This document shows positions 1 through 12,612 of a stretch of 64,000 bases of DNA, one piece after another (the stretch's first letter is position 1; the number at the start of each line of letters is the position of its first letter). A model generated the notes under the pieces. That model was not told the DNA's origin and searched no databases. It was given only the letters and a program-made list of their open reading frames with translations. Source of the stretch: Squalus acanthias (lineage: Eukaryota); the NCBI GenBank assembly GCA_030390025.1, contig CM059432.1, positions 43,402,001 through 43,466,000 on the forward strand, in the 5' to 3' direction. The translations under genes were made by a program, and so were the position numbers.

Positions 1-3000
1 ACTTTTCCACTTTTTCCCCCTCTTTTCCTTTTCTCTCTATCCCTCCCTGACTGGTCTCTCCTGTCATCATGCCTCCTTTCATCTCTCCTCTCTTGGATAC
101 TCTGCCCTCCCAAATCCCTCCCCCAACCCTTCATTACTCTTCGACCTTCCTACTCTCCTGCCACCGTCCCAGGCTTGACTCCCTCTTAGCTAAGCCTATA
201 GCTTCCCTCTGTGCCTCTCTTGAAATTCTACGAAGGGCCCATCGAGCCACTCGTCACTGCCTCCTTACGAGTAGCAACCCAAACTGTCCCATCCTATACT
301 CTCGACGACCTTCCCGCCCAGCGCGCCCACTGGGGGCAAATCTTGCCAATCTCCTCCCCATCCAACTCATCCCCCCCAGCACTGACCCTGTGGATGCTGG
401 CAGTGGGTCAGCCATCACCGACCCTCTCCGCATCTCCCTCCAGAATGGCCGTTCACTTGCGAACAAGGCCCTTGCCATCCAGGAGCTTATTGTGGATGAT
501 TGCATCGACATCATGGCCCTCACGGAAACTTGGCTGAAGGGTGATGACACCTTATCCTTAAATGAAGCCTCCCTGCCTGGCTATACTTTCCACCACTTGC
601 CCCGTTCAGACCGCTGTGGTGGCGGTGTGGCTCTCATCACCAAATCACACCTTGGTCTTTCCCCCTATTCCTCTGGCACTTTCTCCTCCTTTGAGCATCT
701 TACCTTGTTCCACCCCTCTCACCTCATTTAAAAATCTCGTTCTCTACCGCCCACCCAAGTAACATAGAAATTTTATTACCGAGATATCTTCACTGCTTTC
801 CTCCCTCAGCCTCTGCACTGAGCGACTTCTCATCCTCGGTGATTTCAACCTCCATCTCAATTCATCATGCTCTCTCTCCTCTGAGTTCACTAGCCTCCTA
901 TCCTCCCTTAATCTCTCCCTCCATGTAAAGTCGCCAACCCATATTCACGGCCACCTCCTCGACCTTGCCATCTCTCGTGGCCTCACTAATCCGATCGTGT
1001 CAATCGCAGATAAGGCCATCTCTGACCACTTCCTCGTATCGCTCTCCAACCACATCCCCCTTCCACCTCCCCCCACCCCCCCCCCACCCCCACCTCCCTG
1101 CAACACTACTTCCTTTTGCGTCCGGCCCTGGAAAAAACTCTCTCCCAACTCTCTTACAATGGCACTTATGAAATCCCAACTGTCCAGCCTTTGGCCCTCC
1201 ATCCACCATGACATTTCTGCAGCTACCGATCAGCTCAACCACCGCCACCTTTAATTCTGTTTAGGTTCCAGCTGGTTAATTTTCTTTTGTGGATTCATTA
1301 TTTTGTACATTATTTGACATTGCTCCCAAAATCTCCTCACCACCATCCTCTCTGCTGGTGTTCTCTTCACTGCTGGTCCTACCAGTCCACCATGTTGTTG
1401 TTTACCATCCATGCGAGCAAATAATCCAACTCATATTTACCCTCACCACCACCTTTGATGCCCTAGTCCCTATTTAAACAGTTACTCTCTCTCACCCTGG
1501 CTGTTCCCCCTGGTACGGCCCTCATCTTCACTCTCTTAAGTCCAAGGGATGCAGACTTGAATGGATATGGTGGACAACTGGTTTAGCCATTCACCGCCAG
1601 ATCTGGCTGGACCACATAAAGCATTATCGGGTCCTGCTCTCATCTGCCAAAATTGCTCACTATTCTAGAATCTTTCTGGAATGCAAAGCTAAACTTTGCT
1701 CCTATACTCTACTGCTAACCGTCTTCTTAAACTCCTCTCCCCTTTTCTCCTCCACCCTCACCTCCGACAACAAGTGTGAGGAGCTCATGGACTTCTTTGT
1801 CTCTAAGATTGAGACCATCCATTCAGCTGCCTCTGCCACTTCCCTTCCTTCCCCTAGCCCACTGGGCCAAACTTCCTCTAAGGTTCCCCCCTGCCCTAGC
1901 CCTGAACTCACATCTTTCTCCAGTTTCTCTCCGATCTTCCCTCACGACCTCTCCATGCGCATCTTGTCCATGAGACCCACTTCCTGCTCCCTCGACCCTA
2001 TTCCCACCAAATTGCTGACCACCCAACTTCCTTTTCTAGCTCCCATGTTAGCTGACACTGTTAACGGTTCTCTCTCCTCAGGTACTGTCCCCCTCTCCCT
2101 CAAATCTGCCGTCATCACCCCTCTCATCAAACAAACCAGCCCTTGACCCCTCCATCCTTGCAAATTACCGCCCCATCTCCAACCTCCCTTTCTCTCCAAA
2201 GTCCTTGAACGTGTTGTCACCTCCAAAATCCGTGCCCATCTTTCCCGCAATTCCACATTTGAATCCCTCCAATCAGATTACCGCCCTTGCCACAGTACTG
2301 AAATGGCTCTCATCAAAGTCACAAATAACATCCTTTGTGACTGTGACAAAGGTAAACTATCACTCCTTGTCCTTCTTGACTTGTCTGCAGCCTTTGACAC
2401 GGTTGACCACTCCATCCTTCTCCAATGACTCTCCACCGTCATCCAGCTGGGTGGGACTGCACTCGCCTGGTTCCATTCTTATCTATCTAATTGTAGCCAG
2501 AGAATCACCTGCAACAGCTTCCCTTCCCACTCCCGCATCGTTACCTCTGGTGTCTCCCTCCTACTTCTCATCTACATGTTGCCCCTTGGCGACATCATCC
2601 GAAAACACAGCATCAGTTTCCACATGTACGATGATGACACCCAGCTCTACCTCACCACCACTTCTCTCGACCCCTCCACAGTCTCTAAATTGTCACACTG
2701 CTTGTCTGACATCCAGTTCTGGATGAGCAGAATCCTTCTCCAATTAAATATTGGGAAGACCAAAGCCATTGTTTTCGGTCCCCGCCACAAACTCCGTTCC
2801 CTAACCACTGACTCCATCCCTCTCCCTAACATCTTTCTGAGGCTTAACCACACTGTTCGCAACCTTGGTGTCATATTTGACCCTGAAATGAGCTTCCGAC
2901 CACATATCCGCAGCATAACTAAGACTGCCTAATTCCACCTCTGTTACATCGCCCATCTCCGCCCTTGCCTCAGCTCATCCGCTGCTGAAACCCTCATCCA

Positions 3001-3593
3001 TGCCTTTGTTACCTCTAAACTTGACTATTCCAATGCACTCCTAGCCGGCCTCCCACATTCTACCGTACGTAAACTTGAGGTCATTCAAAACTCAGCAGCC
3101 CGTGTTCTAACTCACACCAAGTCCCGTTCACCCATCACCCCTGTGCTCGCTGACCTACATTGGCTCCCAGTTAAGCAATGCCTCGATTTCAAAATTCTCA
3201 TCCTTATTTTCAAATCCCTCCATGGCCTTGCCCCTCCCTATCTCTGTAATCTCCTTCGGCCCCACAACCCCGAGATATCTGCGCTCCTCTAATTCTGGCC
3301 TCTTGAGCATCCCTGATTATAATTGCTCAACCTTTAGTGGCCGTGCCTTCTGTTGCTTCGGCCCTAAGCTCTGGAATTCCCTGCCTAAACCTCTCCGCCT
3401 CTCTACCTCTCTTTCCTCCTTTAAGACGCTCCTTAAAACCTACCTCTTTGACCAAGCTTTTGGTCACCTGCCCTAATTTCTCCTTCTGTGGCTCGGTGTC
3501 AAATTTTTTGTCTTATAACACTCCTGTGAAGCACCTTGGGACATTTTACTATGTTAAAGGCGCTATATAAATACAACTTGTTGTTGTTGTTGT
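1..3593 (+). mobile_element. L2-clade LINE, near-complete but decayed ORF2 (APE endonuclease + reverse transcriptase)
   Basis: Endonuclease motifs LQNGRSLANK..DIMALTETWLK..GGGVALI (ORF 69-731) and ILGDFNLH (~830); RT segments CSLDPIPT, LDLSAAFDTVDH, YDDDTQLY (ORF 2576-2932); 3' tail AAAGGCGCTATATAAATAC..(TTG)n at 3556-3593. Many stops and frameshifts; the GVPQG motif is partly deleted. Confidence 0.9.
1253..1442. repeat. ~190-bp segment inserted in the L2; near-identical copy at ~4889-5079
   Basis: TTCTGTTTAGGTTCCAGCTGG...CTCATATTTACCC occurs at both places with few mismatches; ORFs 1289-1477 and 4925-5134/4854-5066 share peptide text. Confidence 0.9.
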
Positions 3594-3772
3594 ACTTACC
3601 TTCACTGAATTCCTGTGACTTGTGGACTATATTAAATGTGCTGCATATTCTTGGCATGCGTGCATTTTACTCCCAAGCTGTGGTTCCTAGTTTACCCACA
3701 GTACATGACTGCGATCCATACCTATACTCACATAACTCTTCAATTATTTTTGATCAGTAATGTCTCAATGAC

Positions 3773-3826
3773 ACAATTGGCACTATTTTAACAAATGGCA
3801 CTATTTTAACAAATGGCATTATTTTA
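3773..3826. repeat. Tandem repeat, 18-bp unit x3
   Basis: ACAATTGGCACTATTTTA / ACAAATGGCACTATTTTA / ACAAATGGCATTATTTTA. Confidence 0.85.
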
Positions 3827-4080
3827 CTATTCTCCCAGCATTTCATTCTCCAAATACATAAAGTTCTATACATGAAATAGTGCATTCTAATGAACTGATA
3901 ATAAATCCTGTAAAATATAGCAAATAGGTTTTACTGTAAGTGCTTGAGAGGAACTAATGGGTTTATTAAATATTAATGTGCTCCAACTTTTGAGTAGAAT
4001 CAAAAGAAATTCTTAAATAATTACGTAGTACATATAAATGCAAAATTACGTAACTTGGACAATTTTGGTTACAAAGCTAA

Positions 4081-4827
4081 ACGACAACTTATATTTATAT
4101 AGCACCTTTAACGTTAATAAAACGTCCCAAGGCGCTTCACAGGAGTGTTATCAAAAAAAAATGGATACTGAGACATATAGGGAGCTGTTAGGGAAGATGA
4201 CCAAAAGCTTGGTCAAGGAGATAGGTTTTAAGGAGAGTCGTAACGGAGGAAAGAGAAATGGAGAGGTGGAGAGATTTAGGGAGGGAATTCCAGAGCTTAG
4301 GACCTAGGCAGCTGATCTAACGAAGACTGCCAATAGTGGAGCAATTAAAATAAGGGATGTTCAAAAGTCCAGAATAGGCAGAGCCCAGAGGTCTAGGGGG
4401 AATTATAGGGCTGGATGAGATTATAGAGATAAAGCAGGGCAAAGCCATGGAGGGATTTAAAGACAAGGATGAGAATTTTTAAATTGAGGCGCTGCTTAAT
4501 TGGGAGCCAATGGAGGTCAGCAATCACAGAGGAGATAGGTGAGCAGGACTTGGTGCGAGTTAGGATATGGGTGGCAGAGTTTTGGATGACCTCAAGTTTA
4601 AGGAGTGTAGAAAGTGGGAAGCCGGCCAGGAGTGCGTTGGAATAGTCAAGTCTGAAGGTGATAAAGGCATGGATGAGGATTTCAGGAGCAGGTACACTGA
4701 GGTAAGGGCGGAAATGGGCGATATTACGAAGGTGGAAATGGGCGGTCTTAGTGATAGAATGGATATGAGGTAGGAAGCTCAATTTGTGATCAAATATGAC
4801 ACCAAGGTTGCGAACAGACTTGTTTAG
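4081..4827 (-). mobile_element. L2 LINE 3' fragment
   Basis: ORF 4393-4782(-) MSFLPHIHSITKTAHFHLRNI..LDYSNALLAG..LHWLPI matches the L2 at 1-3593; reverse-complement tail ACAACTTATATTTATATAGCACCTTT at the left end. Confidence 0.88.
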
Positions 4828-5229
4828 ACCCCTTAATTACTCAAAACATTACAATGAGGTCAATAGATTTGTTGAGAAGAGGATGTTTATTTCTGTTTAG
4901 GTTCCAGCTGGTTAATTTTCTTTTGTGGATTCATTATTTTGTACATTATTTGACATTGCTCCCAAAATCTCCTCACCACCAGTCCTCTCTGCTGGTGTTC
5001 TCTTCACTGCTGGTCCTACCAGTCCACCATGTTGTTGTTTACCATCCATGCGAGCAAACAGTCTGACTCATATTTACCCACCCTGTTCCCATAACTCTTT
5101 ATTCCACCTTCCTTCAACCATTGACCGATATTAGCATATTCTTAATAGTTGACATGGTCTCTGATTCAACTCCGTACATTCCACAGCTTCTGTGTACAAA
5201 CGTTTCTCCTGCTCTGTATCTCTTATATT

Positions 5230-5960
5230 TAATCTTATATTTATGTCCCCTCAGCTTAGACCCCTTAATCACTAGAAACAGCCAGTTTCTATTTACTCTG
5301 TCCCATACCTTTAAATACCTCTATCCAATCACCTCTTAATCTCCTCTTTTATAATGAAAACAGCCCCAATTTTTCATGTTGTTCTTCGTATTTGTATATC
5401 CTCATCTAGTGAAACTGCGCTGTACTCTCTATTGCCCCAACATTGAATTCCATCTGCCACTTTTTTGCCCATTCCATCGTCTACTCCCTTGCCTCTTCCT
5501 TTAGTCCTCAGAATTATTTACTACGTCTCCTATTTTAGTATTGTCTGCAAATTTTGACACAACTTGCTCTAGCTCTATGTCCTAATCATTAGTGTGCACA
5601 GTGAACAGAAACAATCCCAAAACACAACCCTGTGGGACATTGCTATCCACTTCCAACCATTCTGAGAAATTACCCTGAACCCCTACTCCCATTCCCTTTG
5701 GACCAGTTTTTAATCCAATTTGCTACCCTCCCCCTAATTCCATACCCTATAATCTTCTCCAATAGTCTCCTGTGCGGTACCGTCTCAAAGGCTTTCTGAA
5801 AATGCATGCACACCACATCCACTGCATTCCTCCCATCCACTATATCTGTTACCTCAGAGAACTCTTATCAGCTATGTCAAGCACAATCTTTCTTTCTGAA
5901 ATCGTGTTGCCTGTTTCTATTTATTTTCTCTTTATCTAGATATTTAGTAATTAAATTTTG
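5230..5960 (-). mobile_element. Old, degraded CR1 LINE RT fragment
   Basis: Reverse-complement remnants of KFADDTK (TTTAGTATTGTCTGCAAATTT), VPQG (CCCTGTGGGACA) and FQKAF..VPH (TGCGGTACCGTCTCAAAGGCTTTCTGAAAA). Confidence 0.65.
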
Positions 5961-6918
5961 AATTAAAAATTCAAAAATTTTCCTGCACACATTTTAGGAA
6001 ATCAATTCCCTTTTCTTCATTTACCCCCTCACTGTCCTAATCAGTGAGTGGCTAATTGGCTAATTATTGTTGGAGATTTATCAAAAATCAAAATAAAACT
6101 TTTTAAAACTTTTTCTCTGTCTCTTTTATCTCCTCTCTCTCTTAATCCCACCTTTCTTTCCCTTTCTTTATTTTGCCTTCTGTATATGATTTGGCATTGA
6201 ATTAACTATTCTAACTTACACTTCCTGGTTTAGCCTCTGCTGCCTAGAAATTCATCTCAGGCAGTGGCACAAGACCGAAGGATCGGCCACTCGTTTTGCT
6301 TCACTGCCCAAGATGAATTTCTAGGCCTGCATGTCTCAGTCAGGATTCTTCAGTCTGATTGGTTGAGGAGACACACTGTTGCTTGCCCAGTTCACACAGG
6401 TCCCAGATCCCCTGTAGAGGGCACCACACTGTTTTGACTCTCCAATAACTGCAAGTTGCAGTGCAAAAGCCCACAGAAATTCGGTAGGCAAATGTAAGTG
6501 TAAAGAACAATGAACGCTGTTCATTCGCCGCTGACCACAAAATACAGCCGAAATGTTTATTTTCCAGTCCAGCCAGTTTGCAGCCAAATTTCTGTTAATG
6601 CCATTAAATCTATGGCCTCGGAATTCATTTAGGCCGTTTTTCAGGTACCAAATTGATGCAGGGAATGATCTCTGCACCCAAAAATAGAGGCTCAAGGATC
6701 GCAGGAAATTGGTCCTTGGGACTCATGTAAATAATTGTGGTGAACTGCCGGCACCTGTTGCACCTCCACAGGCAGCTCGCCTGACTGAATAAATGAATTT
6801 CGGGCTGCCTGCCTCACTTGCTGGAGAGGGTAATTTGCTCTAGCCTGGCCTTCTGCATTTTCCCTTACCTGTGGATAGTCACCATTTCTTCCTTTACCAT
6901 TGCTAGCTCCCTATCTCG

Positions 6919-7426
6919 CAACAACTGCAACATTTATATAGTGCCTTTAATGTTATGAAACTTCCCAAGGTGCTTCCCAGGAGCGTAATCAGATAAGAAC
7001 TGACACTGAGCCAAAGAAGGAGATATTAGGACAGGTGACTAAAAGCTTGGTCAAAGAAGTAGATTTAAAGAAGCGTCTTAAAGGAAGAGAAAGAGGTGGA
7101 GAGGCAGGGATGTTTTGGGAGGGAATTCCAGAGCTTAGGGCCTAAATGACTGAAGACACGGCCGCCAATGGTGGGGCAAAGGAAGTGGAGGCTGAACAAG
7201 AGGCTGGAGTTGGAGGTTCGCAGAGTTCGCAAAGGAGCTGTATGACTGAAGAAGGTTGCAGAGATAGGGAGTCAAGGCGTTGGTGGACTTGGATCCAACA
7301 TAGGTCAGCTAGCACAAGGATGATGAGTGAATGCCAGTTAGGATATGGGCAGTAGAGTTTTGGATGAGCTCAAATTATGGAAGTTGTAAGATGGGAGGCC
7401 AGCCAGGAGAGCATTGGAATAGTCGA
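6919..7426 (-). mobile_element. L2 LINE 3' fragment
   Basis: Same tail (CATTTATATAGTGCCTTTAA) and body (AAAAGCTTGGTCAAAG..GGGAGGGAATTCCAGAGCTTAGGGCC..GCCAGGAGAGCATTGGAATAGTC) as the copy at 4081-4827. Confidence 0.82.
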
Positions 7427-7454
7427 GGAGCCCTTGCTCCAGAAACCTCTCTCC

Positions 7455-9010
7455 CTTCCTGATGTGTAAGATTGTCTGGCTGCAGAGATAGTGGATGCAT
7501 TGGTTGCAATATACCAAAATTCCCTGGACTCTGGAGTGGTCCCAGCGGATTGGAAAACCGCAAATGTAACACCCCTATTTAAGAAAGGAGGGAGACAGAA
7601 AGCAGGAAACTAGAGACCAGTTAGCCTAACATCTGTCGTTGGGAAAATGCTGGAGTCCTTCATTAAGGAAGCAGTAGCAGGGCATTTGGAAAATCATAAT
7701 GCAGTCAAGCAGAGTCAGCATGGTTTTATGAAAGGGAAATCATGTTTAACAAATTTGCTGGTGTTCTTTGAGGATGTAATGAGCGGGGTGGACAAAGGTG
7801 AACCAGTGGATGTGGTGTATTTGGATTTCCAGAAGGCATTCGATAAGGTGCCACATAAAAGGTTACTGCATAAGATAAGAGCTCACGGAATTGGGGGTAA
7901 TATATTAGCATGGATAGAGAATTGGCTAACTGACAGAAAGCAGAGAGTCGGGATAAATGGGTCATTTTCCAGTTGGCAAACAGTAACTAGTGGGGTGCCA
8001 CAGGGATCGGTGCTGGGGCCTCAACTATTTACAATCTACATTAATGACTTGGATGAAGGGACCAAGTGTAATGTAGCCAAGTTTGCAGATGATACAAAGA
8101 TGGGTGGGAAAGCAAGTTTTGCAGAGGACTCAAAGAACCTGCAAAGGGATATAGACAGGCTAAGTGAGTGGGCAAATATTTGGCAGATGGAGTATAATGT
8201 GGGAAAGTGTGAGGTTATACACGTTGGTAGGAAAAATAAAAAAGCAAATTATTATTTAAATAGAGAGATTACAAAATGCTACAGTTCAGAGGGACCTGGG
8301 GGTCCTTGTGCATGAAACACAAAAAGTTAGCATGCAGGTACAGCAAGTAATCAAAAAGGCAAATGGAATGTTGGCCTTTATTTCAAAGGGGTTGGAGTAT
8401 AAAAGTAGGGAAGTCCTGCTACAACTGTACAGGGTATTGGTGAGACCACACCTTGAGTACTGCATACAGTTTTGGTCTCCTTATTTAAGGAAGGATATAC
8501 TTGCATTGGAGGCAGTTCAGAGACGATTCACTAGGTTAATTCCAGAGATGAGGGGGTTGACTTATGAGGCAAGGTTGAGCAGGTTGGGCCTATACTCATT
8601 GGAATTTAGAAGAATGAGAGGTGATCTTATTGAAACATATAAGATACTGAGGGGGCATGACAAGGTAGATGCAGAGAGGATGTTTCCCCTCGTGGGGAAA
8701 TTTAGAACGCGGGGGCACAGTTTTAGAATAAAGGGTCGCCCTTTTAGAACTGAGATGAGGAGGAATTTCTTCTCTCAGAGGGTCGTAAATCTGTGGAATT
8801 CTCTGCCCCAGAGAGCTGTGGAGGCTGGGTCATTAAATACATTTAAGGTGGAGATAGACAGATTTTTGCAAGATAAGGGAGTGAAGGGTTATGGGGAGCG
8901 GGCAGAGAAGTGGCTTTGAGCCCAAAGTCAGCCATGATCTTATTGAATGGTGGAGCAGGCTCGAGGGGCCAAGTGGCCTATTCCTGCTCCTATTTCTTAT
9001 GTTCTTATGT
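7455..9010 (+). mobile_element. CR1 LINE, 5'-truncated (RT domain to 3' UTR)
   Basis: ORFs 7647-8315 ([44 protein letters not shown]) and 8308-8919 (RPHLEYC..FFSQRVVNLWNSLP); 3' tail (TTCTTATG)2. Confidence 0.93.
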
Positions 9011-9936
9011 CTTCAACTCCGTCTCAATTTCTGATATCTTGAGCTCAGGGAATCTCAGTTGGAGATACGTCCCACAGATATGTTTGTCTGAATTAACACC
9101 TGCCACTCCAAAGCCCCATATCCTACAGGAACCGAACCGAATATCTCTGCCCCTGCCTGTGCTGCTATTTAAATATTAGTTGTTATAGTTAAGTTTGTAA
9201 TCTTATCTACTTAAATTTCAATTAAACTACTCTGCTTCTTCTTTTCCCTCTGCTCTGAATTCCCATTCTAGCCATATCCCCATTATGGAAATCCTGTTTT
9301 CACTGTTCCCATCTCACTCCATTACTAGCTTACTCTGAGATATGCTCTCCACTGCCGGTTCTCTCTTCCATTAGTGCTTTCCATCGCTGGTAATGATCTT
9401 CACTAGTTCTCCCCTCTAGGCCTGCTGATCGCTGCAGGTCTTCTCATCTTCAGGTCCCCTCCTTACTGTCTGATCCCTCCTCCATTAGTACTATCAATCC
9501 ATTAATGTTCTCCTTCCTGACCATTCTCTCCCACTGCTTGGCCTTTCCTCCTCTACTGATTTCCGTCACTGGTCTTCTCCTCACCACCCTTTATTTCCAT
9601 TTCTTCACTGCTGATCCTTTTCTTGCTGCTGGCCCTCTCCTTCCATTGATGCTCTCCTCACCATCTTTGTTCTCTCCTACTGGTTCTCTTCTCCATTGGT
9701 CCTTACCTACTGCTTATGCTTTCCCCAACTGGTACATTCTGCCATTGGTGATCTCTGCAAGTCCTATGCTCAATTTCAATACAGATAGCATTGAAATCCA
9801 ACTTAGGCTTCAGTATAAAAGATAAGATGGCTTCAAATTACGTAACAGATTTAACTGACAACATTTTGAATCATGGAGTTAAAGCCTTTAACTCACTCTG
9901 ACCGGCTGTATTACAGTTTGGACTGTATTAGTCTAT

Positions 9937-12612
9937 GGGGTTCAATTTACTTGGTGCATTAGAGTTACCATACACACTAATTGTGCGTTAAGGGATGATA
10001 ATTTTGTGATTTTGAGTTAATTGAATTGGCGTTAACATTTGTCTACACTCCTAAAATTTCTCCTGGGAATAAATATTTCTAACGTACGTTAACACTCAGA
10101 CTGCGTTAATGCTTTTTTTTTGCTTGCTAACTGCTTGTTAAGCAGCAATTAACATGGAATGTGCAAATTTGCTTACTATTTACTTAATTCCTACATTGCA
10201 TTAATTTCTCCTATTTATAACTGGCAAAAAGTATTGGAGGGAGCTGGCAGAGTTCCAGTAGAGTAGAGAAGGAGATATTGCCTAAATCAAGAATCTTTTT
10301 ATGAACCTGCAGTATGGATATAGCATCAGATCTAACATTACTGGATACTTTTGAGGAGGAGCAGCAGAAAAAGCAGAGCACCACAAGACAGGAGGTCCCA
10401 GACCATAAGAGACAGATTTACAGTATTCGTGACTACCCAATGCAGTGTGAGTGCCATCAACGTGTCATCTATCTGGATCTCAAAGAAGCTGCTCCTTGTA
10501 CTGTCCTTCCTGACCCATAATCAGTGACTCACCCTGCACGACCTCGTCAGACTCGCCAGTACTGTCTGAAGGGAGTCTTCTTCTTCTTAGGCAGTCCCTC
10601 GGAACCGAGGATGACTTGCTTCCACATTAAAAATGAGTTTGCAGGTGACTGATGAGTCCAATGCGGGACCTACTGTCTCTATCACAGGAACTCCATCCCG
10701 CAGCATGCTACCCGCCACCATCTCAGCACAACCCCAGCCCGGCATGAGGTTGAAAAGGCCATCCGACAACTGAAGAACAACAAGGCCTCAGGAGCAGATG
10801 GAATCCCCGCCGAGGCACTAAAGCATGGCGGAGAAGCACTACTGGCATGAATTCATGAACTCATTTCTCTTATCTGGAAGGAGGAGAGCATGCCAGGGGA
10901 TCTCAGAGACGCCGTAATTGTGACCATCTTCAAGAAAGGTGACAAGTCCGATTGCGGTAATTACAGAGGAGTTTCCCTGCTGTCTGCCACAGGGAACGTC
11001 ATCGCAAGAATCCTCCTCAATCGCCTTCTCCCAGTGGCCGAAGAGCTCCTCCCAGAGTCGCAATGCGGATTCCGCCCACTAAGGGCACAATGGACATGAT
11101 CTTCACCACACGTCAATTACAAGAGAAATGCAGGGAACAGCACCAACCGCTGTACATGGCCTTCTTTGATCTCACAAAGGCCTTCGACACTGTCAACCGT
11201 GAGGGATTATGCAGTGTCCTCCTCAAATTCGGCTGCCCTCAAAAGTTTGTCACCATCATCCGCCTGAAGGGAGTATGTCTGTGCTGACACCTGTTTCAGG
11301 TTGCGTTGTGCGTGCAGTACCTGCTTCCACCTCCTGGGCTTGTGGGTTTTTGATAAAAGAAATACCACAAGGTGAGCACATGGGCTTTAGTCATAATGAA
11401 TAGAAACATTCAATATGAATGTATTTAGGATTTCTTTACAAGAGCAATTCGTATCCCATTGTTGTTACAATTACAGTATATTCTACATTTCCTGGCATTA
11501 TATAATCACATCTTTGACATTGAAAATCAGTGCAACAGTGAATATCATAGAATCAGAATGATACAGCATAATATATGTGATTATTATCCACAGGTCACAA
11601 ATGTTGTTATCTCAAATTTCAGTGTCTTGGTCTATTGACATCCATAATGGCCTTCTTGTAGTGAGTAAAAGATTTAACCATTGCATGCCAATGCCCATCC
11701 CAGCTGAATGTAACCTTCATCTCCAAAGCACAGTATGCTTGAGAGACAGTTTTGCAGAGAGAAGCAAAGGCCACACAGCAATATATAAATTGCCAGGTCT
11801 AATAGAATGAAATGTACCTTACTACTGACAATGGAAAATCAGATTGAGTACTTTTATGTAGTTAGTTTTACCTGCATATAAGGATAACTTGTCAACAATC
11901 TTTCTCCAATGCTAGTAAGCAGGTCTACCTTTTCTAGTCCATCGTAAACGTTCTAAAATATCCACATTACCTCTCTTGTTGTGGTTCACTTTCAGCAGTA
12001 TATTGGTTAAATTTGTGTGAAACTATCCAGGTAAATATCACTGACATCTGCAATTTCCTTCAATAGACATTTCTATTAATGTAAGCTAATGATCATTTAT
12101 ATCCATATTTAGCAATGTAAAATAATTGATAGTCATATCCTTGGATATCAATGTGACCTAATTGACAGTGGTCCTCTTTGTTTATCTTGGCTCTTTTCTT
12201 CAAATCAAACACATTTGTCCACACGTTCCTCCAAGTGAGTTGTGGAGACCAGTTTAAATTCCTGGGTTATTGTCCCCATGCCTGCCAGACCCTCTGCTTG
12301 GTGGTGGATTGCCTTTATTACAAATAGAGGCCATCTCATTATTTCCTCATGCAATCCACAGTAATCTCATCACCTTTCAATGCCTTATTCCCTCATTCAG
12401 TGTGCCAATTTGCACACTCCACAACTGGATTAATTCACTGAGCATGATCTGTAGTGCTTATGTGCCTATTAAGGGAAGTAATGGGTGATTCAGCACCACT
12501 ATTTTTATGATTGACTGCTCAGTTGTGCACTAATTGAGTAAATCTGTGTGTCCCTGTGAGTGCACTAACAAAAACTAGTGATGCACAATCGGCAGGAGAC
12601 CAATCGAGCCCC
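9937..12612. mobile_element. Probable decayed PIF/Harbinger DNA transposon relic
   Basis: Imperfect ends GGGGTTCAATT (9937) / AATCGAGCCCC (12602-12612). A minus-strand remnant at ~12180-12300 reads AWGQ..QEF..VSTTH..FDLKKRAK across frameshifts, resembling the Myb/SANT-like Harbinger partner protein. No intact TSD. Confidence 0.35.
10577..11263 (-). mobile_element. RTE-clade LINE insertion with internal inversion, 11-bp TSD
   Basis: 10577-10688(-) encodes the C-terminus CDRDSRSRIGLISHLQTHF* plus an (AAG)n tail; 10689-11263(+) encodes RT (KASGADGIPAE, FKKGDKSDCGNYRGVSLLS, ESQCGFR, FFDLTKAFDTVNR); CTGAAGGGAGT at 10566-10576 and 11264-11274. Confidence 0.88.

Noticed and set aside
6020..6870. 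Probable unclassified DNA-element fragments
   Set aside because: Looks repeat-like, but termini and family could not be established from the sequence alone.
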